Of a stretch of 35,357 nt of DNA, positions 11,651 to 23,202 are shown piece by piece (positions within the stretch are counted from its first letter, which is position 1; each line of letters starts with the position of its first letter). The stretch lies in contig JYFJ02000984.1 of the NCBI GenBank assembly GCA_000934665.2, positions 62,001 through 97,357 of the forward strand, in the 5' to 3' direction. The DNA comes from Catajapyx aquilonaris (taxonomy: Eukaryota). Position numbers and translations under genes: made by a program. The notes beneath the pieces are model-generated. The model was not told the origin of the DNA. It made no database searches and saw only the letters and a list, made by a program, of their open reading frames with translations.

Positions 11651-12867
11651 CCCCATACAATTTTTGTCGGTATCTAGACACCCTTCATGGAATTGTGCAA
11701 CTTTCAATGGTTTTGAGTAAAATTTGAGCTATTTGAGTCGTTAGCTGTCTTTCCTTATCATTTCTCATCATTTTTGGTTGAGGAAGGCGATATCAGGACC
11801 AACTGAAGTGACTGTTGCTTTTCTTTCCACTCTGTTACAATTACCGGCTGTACCACAAGTTTTAAAATTAATTTGGTGAGAGAAGTTATTTTTCTTAGTA
11901 GGCCACGTGAGCCTCCTTTCTAAGGACTTGAGCATATCAAAAATGGTGTGCTGCAGCTCGTCCACGGCGAACAACATCTGGGCCGGATGCGAGTTAGCCA
12001 CGAAGTTCTCGCGATTATCAACAATCGCAGTTCGCCTTTTATGTAAGAAGCTTGACCTGCTTATACCGTCAAGATAGTGGTGATGATAATTTATACTGTA
12101 GTATCATCTCTATATTTTGTTGCCAGTGAATGACCTTATTCTTTTATATTTCCAATGGTCGTCTTGAGTCAGGCTAATTCTTCCAGCTCTCAGGTAAGGT
12201 TCTCTGGTAAAGTTATCCCCTCATTGCCGGGCGATATAAATGAAACTTACCGCATCTGATATATTGGAACTCGCAGCACCTGCATTTGGTTCCACTTTTA
12301 TTTCTTCTAGGTTATGTTCTTCCGATCCCGCCGTTATATGTTGCTTATTGACAGTTCTTTCGGGTGTTGCTGCTGGTCGAAATTTAATGCAACTGCATAC
12401 ATCCACCCTAATCTTTGTCTGATGCCTGTGTTGCCCAACAGTATGGCTGGAAAAATAGAGAAGTACGTCAGAGCGATGTTCCGCAGCTCTATGCTTGCAT
12501 ATACAGCCTGAAAGTCCCTTCCTTACCTTCACAACTACTGTCCGGTCCATCCTGATCTGCGTGTATAGGTGGACTCCACGTGGATTTTTCCTCGCTTTTA
12601 TAGGTTTTGCTGTTACCATGACGTAATAAATTTGGGAGAAGGATTTTTTTTCCTACCCCCGCTTGCTGCCCCCCTTGCTGCATCTGACGAAAATTGCATT
12701 TTGCTTCGAGTGTCCTTTGATAATCTTGTACTGTCATGTGTTGATTATAATACTATACTGTTACATCTATTAATGATTTTGAGTTGATTTGGCAAGCACT
12801 GTATAGTCAGGTAAACCCATGGCCATGTCCAATTCCCAAATAACAGACAGTATTTTTTCACGATCGG

Positions 12868-12945
12868 TTAATTAATATTTATTTATTAATTTTACCCCAT
12901 GCTGGCCAACATGGCCCTTTAGGGGGACCTCCTCCCCATACAGAG
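12868..12945 (-). mobile_element. Probable non-LTR (L2-like) 3' tail
   Basis: Minus strand ends ...GGGCCATGTTGGCCAGCATGGGGTAAAATT-AATAAATAAAT: a GGCC..GGCC stem followed by a (TAAA)n tail, like insect LINE 3' ends. Confidence 0.4.
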
Positions 12946-13101
12946 AATGTTCACATTGTGCGGCAATTTGGTACATTTACAAAGCATAACATTATGACCA
13001 GGAAGCCAAATACTGAATCATTTACTGGTCGGCTGCGGGGAAAAAAAGAAAATCAAAAATAAATAAACACGGTCGGAGGGAGGGAAAAAAGATGAGCATA
13101 C

Positions 13102-13107
<6 letters not shown>

Positions 13108-13134
<27 letters not shown>
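13108..13134. repeat. Poly(A) tract, 27 nt
   Basis: Directly visible. Flanked by the inverted 9-mers GATGAGCAT / ATGCTCATC. Confidence 0.95.
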
Positions 13135-13619
13135 CATGCTCATCATTTACATATGCTCAGCTTACTTCATTTCGCATAGGTCTATGATCACTGTAAGATC
13201 GGCAAAAAACTGATATCGAAGGATTAAGTAAGTTGATTATTATGAAGGAAAAAAATCTTCCTCGTATGCGTTCCAGTCAATGCTCGCAGTTTCCTCGTCA
13301 AAAAGCATACATCTTCAGCCCATTTTCATGACTTGGTGTCTGTAGATTGGGGTAATCATGCTGCCTTATTGTAAGTACAGTAGTTGCTAATTCAGTGGTG
13401 CATCTATTAGGCCCAATTGGATGATCTCTCGACGACATAGCACGTTTAGGCGTGTCTTTTATCGTGAAGGTCTTTCAATACTTGCTTCGACCATTGTCTT
13501 GATTAACTGCTCGGCCTTACCTAGATAATTTTTAAAGTCACGAAACTAGTGCTTGGGGGCTGGGTACCAACTGCTGACGTGGAACATAATTACTACTTGT
13601 CATAACTACATTGACTCGC

Positions 13620-15245
13620 CGCAGTCACAAACGTCCAACTTGCTTCGTCGTATGGTGTCATTGAAACCTGTCCTTGGTTGTGTCGCAATTGAAGGGTATA
13701 TGATGATAGTGATATGAAATAAATATTTTTCTCCAATATTAATTTTTCCGTGTATTATGAAACAAGCCAGCGCCATTTGCACAATATACGCCACCGTCAT
13801 CAGCTTCTGATAGTCACTTCCGCTTGGAGCAGTGCCAAACACGCTACAGAAGGTCTCGTAGATGCTACGAGAATAGGTGCTTGCTGGCAGGCATCGCGTC
13901 AATTCTTTAATATTACAGATTGACCCAGCCAGTGAAGCGTCTTGTCACAGTCGACAATCTCGTTTTTCACAAGCCATAGTGCTTGATATTTAAGTTTTAT
14001 ATGCCACTCTGCCATTTTATGTGCCCACTCGGTAACAATGCCGGCAGCGTCGTGCACCAATGTTGGTGATGGTGAATATTTTACCACAAGTGTCAACTTA
14101 TTGCGAATGATTTTTTTTTACTGTAGGGAACGTAACTGATACCAGATACTTGCATGTCTATAATGCCCTCATATAATTGTGAAATTTTCAGCTCCTTCCG
14201 TCACATACATGTGTCAATGGCTGGGTCAACTCCTTGGCGTTACCTTCTTATAGCCATCAGGTATAGGCTTGGTTGTTTAACATCCTTTCCACTCAAATAA
14301 ACTCTGACAAGTAACACGTGGCCCAGGCAAATGCATACGGTGGGTGAGATGTGGGTAATTTACTGATATATTGTGGCCAATAAAATTAGTTTGAAAATGG
14401 GTTACAGTATTGCCTTCTTTTGAAGATGGGACCAGCTCTGTGGTCATCTCCCTGTGTAGTATCACGCGAGTGAAACACATCTGATCGTCGTCCTGGTTCA
14501 CACTAGTTTGCGCACTGTCGCCGATTATTAACTGAGCTTTTAAAATGAAGCATCTGACAAGTAGAGAGATTCTGAATGGCAAAATATTTTTTGTTTGGAC
14601 CCAGTTCATTTCGCATTGTTGCAGTACTGGGACACTCGAGTCTCACGTGAACCTCCCTGGTTCAGATGTCGGAAGGAACGTTTTTTCCGTTGTTGTGGTT
14701 TGTTTTGATGTAATCCCAGTGAGTGACGTGTAAATTGAAATATAAAATTTAACAATTTTAATACATTTAAGTTACATTTTGACGGATAGATCCCCATTCA
14801 TCACGTCTATTCGTATGGTTGTCTGTAATAATCGTTATTAATTACTTCATTTTGATCAACTTGGGCGGAACCAGTAATTCTAAGATGTTCCAGCTGAGTT
14901 GCCCGATACAATTCCCATTATTTAACAATAGATGACATTAATTTTGCATGGCGCAATGCCTGCTTACTATCATCCTTTATGGCGCATGTTGTAGTAGGTA
15001 ATGCAAGGTTTTGTCTTTTTCGAATCCCTTCCAGACGAAGAAGTGATATCAAGTCCTATTGAAATATCTCTCGACTTATAATGTGATGTATGTAGAAGAC
15101 AATGCATCCGGACAGCGGGTTTTGTTTTGGTAATGTGGTATGTCTGACTTGTCTGAAATGTGTTTTTAGCAATTATGCATATTTGGCCCAGCAGCACCAT
15201 AAGATGCATCATTAGAATCTTAATTTGTTAGGGTGCTACCCACTT
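13620..15245. repeat. Scaffold module C (~1.6 kb), uninterrupted copy
   Basis: Collinear with 22420-22590 plus 23470-25663 and partly with 27380-27470. Examples: CGTCTTGTCACAGTCGACAATCT, GTGCACCAATGTTGGTGAT, GGCCAATAAAATTAGTTTGAAAATGG, GCATCTGACAAGTAGA.AGATTCTGAATGGCAAAATAT, TTCCAGCTGAGTT, CTTCCAGACGA, AGGGT.CTACCCACTT. Confidence 0.92.
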
Positions 15246-16305
15246 AATTTCTGTTTAAAAATCTTAGGTAACAAGGTAAAAATAATAACTTGTGGGATAT
15301 TTCTATATATTCTTTCAGACCATTATGCTTAGCTCCAAATGTCGAAGTGCAGCAGTTAATAAGTGGCCCAAATCAGCGAATCATTTCTGGCTAGGTAATG
15401 CCATTTTGGCTTCATATTAATTTTGGGATACAAGCCTAAAATATGTTTCAAAAACTCTCAAGTACTGTACCTGAAGGTAGGCAATCATGGCATCTGAACA
15501 GAGTCGAGGGAGGCAGGTTCTCTTTTCCTACTGGTTCAAATTCACCGAACAATAATAGGAAAAGGCGCACGTGGCACCAAAATGCTGCTCAAGTCTGCTT
15601 GGTGCATCACACATGCCCATTTATATTTCTCGCTAATTTTGAGAAGGATGGTGACACCGATTTTCTGCACATCTTTTTCGGTGTTGCTTTCAACTGAAAC
15701 ACTATCTTCAGCGTCGTGAAAATGCCGGTATTTTCGGGAACATTTTCATCACAGTGAGTCCCGATATGAATTTAAAGTTTCAACGTTTAGGAGCGACAGA
15801 AAGAGTATGTGGGCTGGTGATGTCATTTGAATTAATTAATTGCACCTACCTGATTTACTCACGAGTTTTTGGCTATTTTCCCTTACTTCGTATTATACTT
15901 AAAATACATATATGAAAATTCAGAGAAAGCTTGTCAGCTGACTTGGTGACAAAGGAGTTATGCTGGAAGTGACAAGGGCTGTCTGTGTCTGTCATATTTC
16001 GCACTTGAAGACTGAGAGTCGTGGTTTTTCTTACAGTGTACTTTCTTACTAAATAGCGTAAATGTACACAAGTTCAAAGGATGTCACTAATGTGAAAATT
16101 TATATTATCCTTAAAAGTTACATCGTTATACGAGTATGCTCGTAGTTATATTGTAGACATTCTCTTTAACGAATCACATATCAGCACAGTCTCTTTATGG
16201 GGACATTTCCATTTTGTCGTCGTTGTTGGTTGTGTAGTCGTGTGTTATGAATGGGAAAGCCATGTTGTGAAGGTACTAACCTCTTTGTAACATTTGCGTC
16301 ATGCC

Positions 16306-17244
16306 TGTCACGAGGTCAGATTCAAGAGGCCCCAAAAGCAGAGAGTGACGTACTAAGGTGCACATTTAAAGAGAAAATTTATTATCAATATAAACAACTG
16401 TTCAGGAAAAGAAAGGACCAAGTCCGCATAAATTAAAGGTTCACAATAAATTGGGATGTGGAGAATGGACGGCTAGGAAGGTCAGATTAACAACCATAAC
16501 AATCCTGAACAAAATATCCAAATCATGTTTACAACCAGAGTCATAACCAACACACTTGGCACTCATGGAAATAACACTCCACACTCACTTTCACTTTCCA
16601 CGCCCGCTTCACGCCCCACTAGCACGGAGCAACAAGGAAGCGCAGGCCCCCAAAAAAAGGTATGCACTGGCGCAATTAAACCACACGCACCGTAACACAC
16701 ATACGTTCAATAGAAGATCCAGGTCTGGAATTCCTGAGTCGAGCTATCACTCCGGTGAGACGACAACTCCTAGTTGGCGTCCAAGAAGTCCAGAGTACAA
16801 CTTCACCAGTGTTGTAGAACACAGGCATATACCGCCTACTTCACCACTGTCGTTGAACACAGGCATCTACAGCCTACAGTGTCAAACAGTGCGACACGTC
16901 CCCAATAAAAAGGGGAAGGGAGGGAAGGCAAAGGACACGACCGTGTACAATTTTACCACGGCCTCCGAACCTTCAAACCACTGACAAGTAACGGGAACCC
17001 ACCCGTACCACAGTAACTCCCCAGAATTACGTACAAGTACCTTTCACTCGTACAACCCAAAAGGGGGGCAAAAATAGCAAGTCACCCAGCGTGTACAGAG
17101 CATACCAGCTCCGCTGAGGAGACGCCACATACTGACCACGCAGGGCCAGAAAAACTCTTCAAGAAAAAAAATCCTAGCGACTAAGCAATTCCATTTTACA
17201 AGCCGAGTCCGTGAGACAGGCCAGTCAAAAAGTCACACGTGACA
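16306..17244 (-). mobile_element. Solo LTR of an LTR retrotransposon (939 bp)
   Basis: Termini TGTCACG...CGTGACA (7-bp inverted, TG..CA), flanked by a perfect 5-bp TSD ATGCC (16301-16305 and 17245-17249). Orientation is tentative, from a minus-strand AATAAA ~75 nt before the left end. Confidence 0.88.
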
Positions 17245-17639
17245 ATGCCTGTGCCATAGAATGTGATGAAGGAAAACAACATTGTTTTAAATGCGTTTCT
17301 TTGGGCTAACTTGGTGCGGTACATGCTGAAAGCTTAGTGCTGTGACAGAGACTCCCAGGCAATAGCTGAAGTTTATTGTGCGTGGGATGTTCTCATTTTG
17401 TCCTATTCTTATAAGCCTAACATGAGGTTCACTTCACCCTTTAGGCTATGGGGACACAACATCTGGTGCCACTAGTGTCTCACATGCTGTGAGTCCTGTG
17501 ACTTGCACTATCCCAATATAATGCACTGCTCCTGTCTTGAAGGATATAACCACTGATGATGATAATGTGGTCAACAGCCTCGGTCGTATTTTTTCTTATG
17601 ATTGTATTCCTGTACTAATATGTATGAAGAGTTCTACAG

Positions 17640-17790
17640 TGTGTACTGACTTTTGTATCACTGGTGATAAATCTTATCTCAAGGTGAAATGCCACACACT
17701 TCTGAAGACGCCTCAGTAACTGCTTTACACACCTCTCCACTGCTTGAGTGTGACATGGGAAGTGGAAAACGAGTGGAAGAATAGGCGGGC
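17640..17790 (-). pseudogene. C-terminal fragment of a hAT-type (hATm-like) transposase
   Basis: FPCHTQAVERCVK, then after a frameshift VTEASSEVCGISP*D. Matches the remembered PCHTQAVERxVKxVTEASxxVCG..RD motif. Subfamily assignment is from memory. Confidence 0.7.
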
Positions 17791-17889
17791 CTTCCTCTGT
17801 AATTATGAATTTTTTGCCAGTTGATAAGGTCAACGTAATCCTGAGCGTTGAAGTTGATTACTGAATTATTGAACTTGTGTACAGATGAT

Positions 17890-18294
17890 TCAGGTGGCCT
17901 TCTTGATGGCCTTCAGGTGGCCTTCTTGAACTCGCAGAAAGCGTTCGGCCAGCCTTTGTGGCATGCTGGCGACCGTCTTCCCCATGATCCATGGGTAGTT
18001 AGCGGTGGATTCCCAGACCTCGCTGCAGTGATCCCGGAGCAGATGATCCCGCCGTTCATTTCGGTTGTCCCACTCCCTGACCGTCATACCCCACACGTTT
18101 TCGATGAGGTTGAGGTCAGAGGAGTAGGCAAGCCACTGCAGCCTCGATATCTTCGGGTGGTCATCCAGGAAGTCCCTGGTAATCCTCGCTGTGTGTGTCC
18201 CTGCATTGTCCTGCACGAATCTGATGCCCTGCTTTTCCGGGTACCTTGCCTCCAATTCCGGGAGAAGGTCGTCACCCAGTAGCTCATATGCCAA
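17890..18294 (-). pseudogene. Tc1-family transposase, C-terminal catalytic half
   Basis: FVQDNAGTHTARIT...QWLAYSSDLNLIENVW...VASMPQRL. I count 35 residues between the second D and the E. No N-terminus or terminal inverted repeat (TIR) adjoining. Confidence 0.93.
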
Positions 18295-18333
18295 GGGGTA
18301 GAGGTGAACACGACCGCGTCATGCCCCGGGATG

Positions 18334-18453
18334 ACCCCTCCAGGTGACCTCGATCCTGTTTGTATGGGCATGGGTGTCTGGATCTACGAAGTGGATACTG
18401 TGATTCGCCGTCAAATGCTCAAATCCCTCCCTTTCTAGTTGCGAATATGCCTG
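18334..18453 (-). pseudogene. Merlin / ISXO2-like (IS1595-type DDE) transposase fragment
   Basis: Manual translation QAYSQLEREGFEHLTANHSIHFVDPDTHAHTNRIEVTWRG fits AYxxLxxxGxxHxTVNHSxxFVDPxTGxHTxxIExxW. This frame is not in the ORF track. Confidence 0.88.
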
Positions 18454-18514
18454 TGAATATAATTATGTACAAAAATATGAAATTCCCTCAAAAATGCACC
18501 TACCGTATTTTTCC

Positions 18515-18610
18515 TAATGCGCCGCCTTAACCTTAGCGTGGTGGTGGGCCTTGAGTTCTCCAGCGACCCCATAGCTGCCTGCTGGCACAGTCATCCAGGC
18601 CAGATTGGCC
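18515..18610 (+). mobile_element. Possible RTE-clade LINE 5'-UTR remnant
   Basis: CCTTAGCGTGGTGGTGGGCCTTGAGTTCTCCAGCGACCCCATAGCT resembles the CCTTGyCGTGGTGrrGGGCTTG.GTG..CCA..GA..C..AGCT leader I recall for RTE elements. Confidence 0.35.
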
Positions 18611-19565
18611 ATTTTGGGGTTGGGGAATGACTGAGAGAGGTGCCGGTCTTTCCGCAATGCTATTCTACATTTACTGCACAACCTTAAACAGTACCTGCGG
18701 CTTGCCGACCGTTTGATTCGTTGTTTTGCTTCTGGGTTTGAAGTCGGAGGGACCCCAGAATTAATTCCTCAAGTTTGCCCAGAATATGTTATGGGGTGAT
18801 GTCATTTGATTAATTGCACCATAACATGTATACCTGATTTACTCACGAGTTTTTGGCTACTTTCCCTTACTTATACTTAAAATACAGAATGAAAATTCAG
18901 AGAAAACTTGTCAGCTGACTTGGTGAGACTGTTCCTTTTTCCCCACCACATCTTGTCGCTCTTTGTCTGCACTCGATAAGTTGTGACCGTCGTCAGGTGC
19001 TGTCATGGAGGCGTCCAGGACTCTCCTTGGGATCTTTTCTGGACGAGGTGCCCTCGTCAAAGTTATTATGAGCAATAGTCACTTGCAGTGTAAGTAGCAA
19101 ACAATGTAGTGCTGTTGACTAAGATGTGAGTGTCAATTTTGTCTTTGCCTCGTCTCTTCTGGATGTGTCTGAGGAAGCTGATATCAGGACTACCTGAAGC
19201 GCCTGCTCGATTCTTATTATATGCACGGCGATAATTCAATTTCTATTGTGTGGTGAATGACGGTGTTGCTGTGTTTTCTGTGGGAGAGGCTGCATACCAT
19301 CATGAAGTGCTTCGTCAGGTTGACTCGGAATTATCCAGTCGGACAACTACAGGTTTCTTTACGAACAGGCTTTCATATTTATAAACTATTTGCATGCATA
19401 ATAAAATCACTACGTGGGAGGCGGTGATGTCAGACCCTTTGGCGTGTACCTCTGACCCTGTATAATATTCAATATGGATGTGCATCTAGAGGTAATAATT
19501 TCTAGCGTTTTCTCCGGCCCTCTTTGGTTTAGATGTCAACTAACATTATTACTTATTTTATGATG

Positions 19566-19995
19566 TACGCGGGTGGTTTGATAAGTTTGGTAAAAAACGT
19601 AATAGTTAAATACCCTTTTTCGGCTAAAAACGATTGCTGCTTCGACTCCGGTGTGTAGTGGTGAATCCACGGTTCATCCATGGTCACGAATCGACGCGAC
19701 GCAAGAAATCCTGCGGATTGCGATTGAATATCACCAAACTACACTTCTTTGAAATGTCCTTGCGCATGCGTTTTTGGTCGACTGTCAACAGTCGCGGCAT
19801 CCATCGCGCACACAGCTTTTTTATGTGCAATTCTTCGTCCAGGATATTGTGCACTCGTTCAGTTGAGATGTTTACAGTGTCAGCAATCTCGCTTACTGTC
19901 ACTAGGCGGTCTTTCATAACGATATCATGGATTTTTTCAACGATATCCGTCGTGGTGACCTCAACTGGGCGACCGGAGCGCCCTTCATCTGTGCC
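19566..19995 (-). mobile_element. Internally deleted mariner: HTH2 to first catalytic Asp, plus one TIR
   Basis: DEGRSGRPVEV...IVMKDRLVTVSEIA...ISTERVHNILDEELHIKKLCARWMPRLLTVDQK, then (frameshift) RFVTMDEPWIHHYTPESKQQS. TA + CGCGGGTGGTTTGATAAGTT mariner-type TIR at 19566-19587. Confidence 0.93.
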
Positions 19996-20257
19996 ACCTG
20001 GATACTGTCCTTGCCGCCTCACATTAGGAGCTATGTTCGATAACTGCTGGTGATGAAATTACAGGCTGACCCGGCCAATTTGGCCCTGCAGCCCCTATGC
20101 TCTATGACTGCAAAAATTACTCTTATACTGTTACCCTTTATGAAAATGGATCTCAGCGCGGAATATTCAACTTGCAATGAGGAAAGCTAGGCAATGACAA
20201 TAACAATGCTAATTACACCCTTGAGTCTCCAAAACAATACTCATCGAGTGCCATTCA

Positions 20258-20457
20258 CCCTGGCCAGCAATGCAGCCTGCCATTTTCGTCCGACCGCCAG
20301 GTTTTTTCATCGGAAAAAACTACCGGTGGCTCACTGCAAGGGGCAGCGGGATGAAGGACGTTCTCATATGCGAATTGCAGTCGCATTGCCTTCTGCGCTT
20401 TTGTAAGGCGTTGTCGCCTTGCAGGGACTCGATCATGAACCCCCAGAACCCCGCAAC
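20258..20457 (-). pseudogene. Tc1-family transposase fragment (HTH2 end to first catalytic Asp)
   Basis: Manual translation LGVHDRVPARRQRLTKAQKAMRLQFAYENVLH...VVFSDEKTWRSDENGRLHCW fits RxPxxKxxLTxxxKxxRLxFA...VxFSDEK. This frame is not in the ORF track. Confidence 0.88.
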
Positions 20458-20846
20458 CTGAAACTCACATATTACCTTAGTTTGTAAGGGCACATGTTTA
20501 TTAGTCATGTCAGGTTAATACACGAACCCTGTCCCTCGGAACAATCACACCGTCGGTCGGTTACCTTTCTCACCCCATGCACATATGTTGCTGAAATATT
20601 TTAAAACGTTTATCGACACGAATAGGTCGAAATAAATTACTCCCCCATGGCAAGCTACGAAACTCATACAACGTGTGTATATCTTATGCAGATTATTATC
20701 ATATACAGTACTAGGATCCTTTGAAGAGGAGAATAAAGTTGTAGCTGATGTGTTGTTCCTAGTCTCTTCACGCTGGATCTGGAGTATGGTGTGACATCAC
20801 GGCCGAATAAAACATTCATTCTGGTAATCATCCATTCTGGTGTTTC

Positions 20847-21080
20847 CTAAAGTGAAAGAGATTTATAATCCGTCCAACTGAGGACAGGCCCTTCACAGGC
20901 GAGAATGTGAGCCAAATGATCCGGATTAAATAAGCGTTCATGGATATGGGTCATCAAAGGCGAAAGCAGAAAGGTAATTAGTTTGTTCACACCCGCTTTG
21001 GGGCTGGCATACCCTGTAACTATAGGGCGTATAGGAAAATTCCTAGGGGAATGTCCAGCCTTGTGGATTTTCATACTTTC
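20847..21080 (-). pseudogene. Penelope-like retroelement, start of the reverse transcriptase domain
   Basis: KIHK...FPIRPIVTGYASPKAGVNKLITFLLSPL matches the Penelope PKIHK..PLRPIVS...SP.......L.PL motif. Confidence 0.8.
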
Positions 21081-23053
21081 CCTGGATTCTTCACTCATTC
21101 GGAAGTTCTGAGACCCCATCAAGTCAAACTGTGCGCTGTATGTGTTCTTCTATCTTCGTGTTTTTGTGTGGCGAAACCTACGACTTGCACTTTGAGAGTT
21201 ACATCGCACTGAAATTATGGTCATTGTCAATTTTATATGAAAAGTACACCAATCTTTTGCAAATATGATAATAATTGGTTCGGCGCGACACTGACTTATC
21301 TGGTTCCTGGTTGTATACCTTTGACCCTCATAATATTATTGGACAATCGCAGGCCTTTTGGGTTTGGAGTAGAATATTGCTAGAAAATTTAGTATTCTTT
21401 TTCCTGACATATCACTCTCAACTGTCGTGTCCTTTTGACAAACTAAGTTTGCTTTTTTTTAAAAATATATATTTAAAAAACAATTTTCATAACATCTGGT
21501 GGAGTGTCGTCCATTGGCCGGAAATATTTCAAGCCAGCAGCACTGTCAGGGTCTGTCGAATTTTTACTAACTTACATGAAAATAGTGTATAGTATACGCC
21601 TTTCCCAAGTCATTGCCATTAGAAAATATACTTGCATGCATTCATCAATACTTATGACATAATAGTTTCTAAAACACACTTCAAAATGAACCTGATGCAT
21701 ACACAGAGAAGTTACCTTGCTGCAAACAAATAAGCCAACAGATCGGTCATTGTCATATGAGGAGGCACAGGTTTTTTCCTGCAAGTCTGTAATGAGGTTA
21801 TACATAACATTGTCCGGTAAGCATCATTTTGTGCGTAACGACCTGTTGACCTAAACCGTCGAGGTGTAAATTGCTTTCCAATGGTTTGCAGTGCAACTCA
21901 CACAAGATGGAACTAGTGTACCCTCATGCAATTGTGAAGCTTTCAACTTGACGTGTTCGTCAAGGTGTGTCATCATGGGGCCATGTATGTGAGGAGTGGA
22001 TGCATTTTATGATTACTCAAACTGTCATCTTCTTGCATCCAGATTGCTACGTTGCTACTTCAGGTCCTTCCTGCCCATCTTCTTCAGTTTTTCGCCAATT
22101 TGTGTCACTTGGTGCATCCTAATTGCTGAGGGCATGTACATCTTTTATTAGTGGACCTGCTACTAAATGATTCAACTTCAAGCAACTTTTGTCCTCTTAT
22201 TACGCCATTCTGATGTAAATTGCTTCTGCTGCTGCAACAATTACGGTAACGTGGCATGAGTATGGCCATTTCCGTTTAAATCCTTGGACCATGTCGTCAC
22301 AGTACCTACCAACGCGTTCCTTGTTGCTTGCTCTCAGCACAGCGAGGAAGTATGACTCACTTGGCGATGTGTAATTGAATAATGGTCTTGTCAGGTTAGG
22401 TTTCGACCAGACATGCCAACACTCCCAAACGTCCAGCTTGCTTCATCGCATGGTGTCATAGATCATAGATCGGTGGAATCCCTTGGTTGTATGAGCAAGT
22501 GAAGGGTCTGATATTATATTAGAATGTTTTTTTACCAATATAATTTTCCCCCCCAAATTAGTAACCAAACTAGCGCCAATTGCAGATTAAAGCAAACTTA
22601 ATGCGGTAACAGTTTACAGTCAACTCCAGGCACGATTACCTCAAATCCGTGTTGGTTAGAACGGGTAAGATGGATAATATTGACGTCTCATTGCCGGTCA
22701 CTATTAAATTCACAATCAGAGTGGGTTATTTGCCCTCCACCCCCAGCCCCAGCTGCTACAGTATAGCCACCTTGTGGGTCAGTCCATTGTGATCATGAAA
22801 GACTGCCGAGTCTTAACTTTCACAATCTCCTGAACTATACGGCCGTCAGGTGTTCCCTGTAAGTACAGAGACTAGTTATTAACTTTTATAGATCGCTCTG
22901 CTAATCTCAATATCTCATATGCAGATGACATTCCTTCTCCTTTAGAGAGGATATGTGATAAGAAGGATCCACTTGGCAGACGTGTTCTCTAGGCCTTTAG
23001 GAGTAATTTGCGAGTTGGCGCCACCTGATCGGCCCCTTAAGTCAGGTGTTGCC

Positions 23054-23202
23054 GAATACACTCGCCTCTGCGACATACACACGTCCCCGTATTTCACAAC
23101 CATCCTACGGTGGATTTGGATTAGCTTAATCCCTTCACTCCACAAAAATCTGACGATGGCCCGCCGTTCTTCTTTGGTGCACGTTTTAAGTGGTGCCACC
23201 AT
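23054..23202 (-). pseudogene. Mariner transposase N-terminal HTH fragment
   Basis: MVAPLKTCTKEERRAIVRFLWSEGIKLIQIHRRMVVKYGDVCMSQRRVY is a typical mariner first HTH. It is truncated before the conserved W. Confidence 0.9.

Noticed and set aside
14040..14185. Minus-strand LYEG...FA...CG as a chuvirus-like glycoprotein
   Set aside because: It needs frameshifts, the downstream TEHP-type motif and Cys pattern are missing, and the coding strand of module C is unresolved.
16556..16984. 142-aa ORF as a gene
   Set aside because: It lies wholly inside the solo LTR, starts at a non-ATG codon and has no recognisable domain.
20320..20508. LQGDNA as a viral polymerase motif
   Set aside because: Another frame of the same DNA is a clear Tc1 transposase fragment.
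5340..21860. GTAAG/GTAGG words in modules B, D and F as splice donors of a live plus-strand gene family
   Set aside because: Adjacent frames carry stops and frameshifts that differ between copies, so I could build no consistent exon chain. A non-coding spliced transcript is not excluded.
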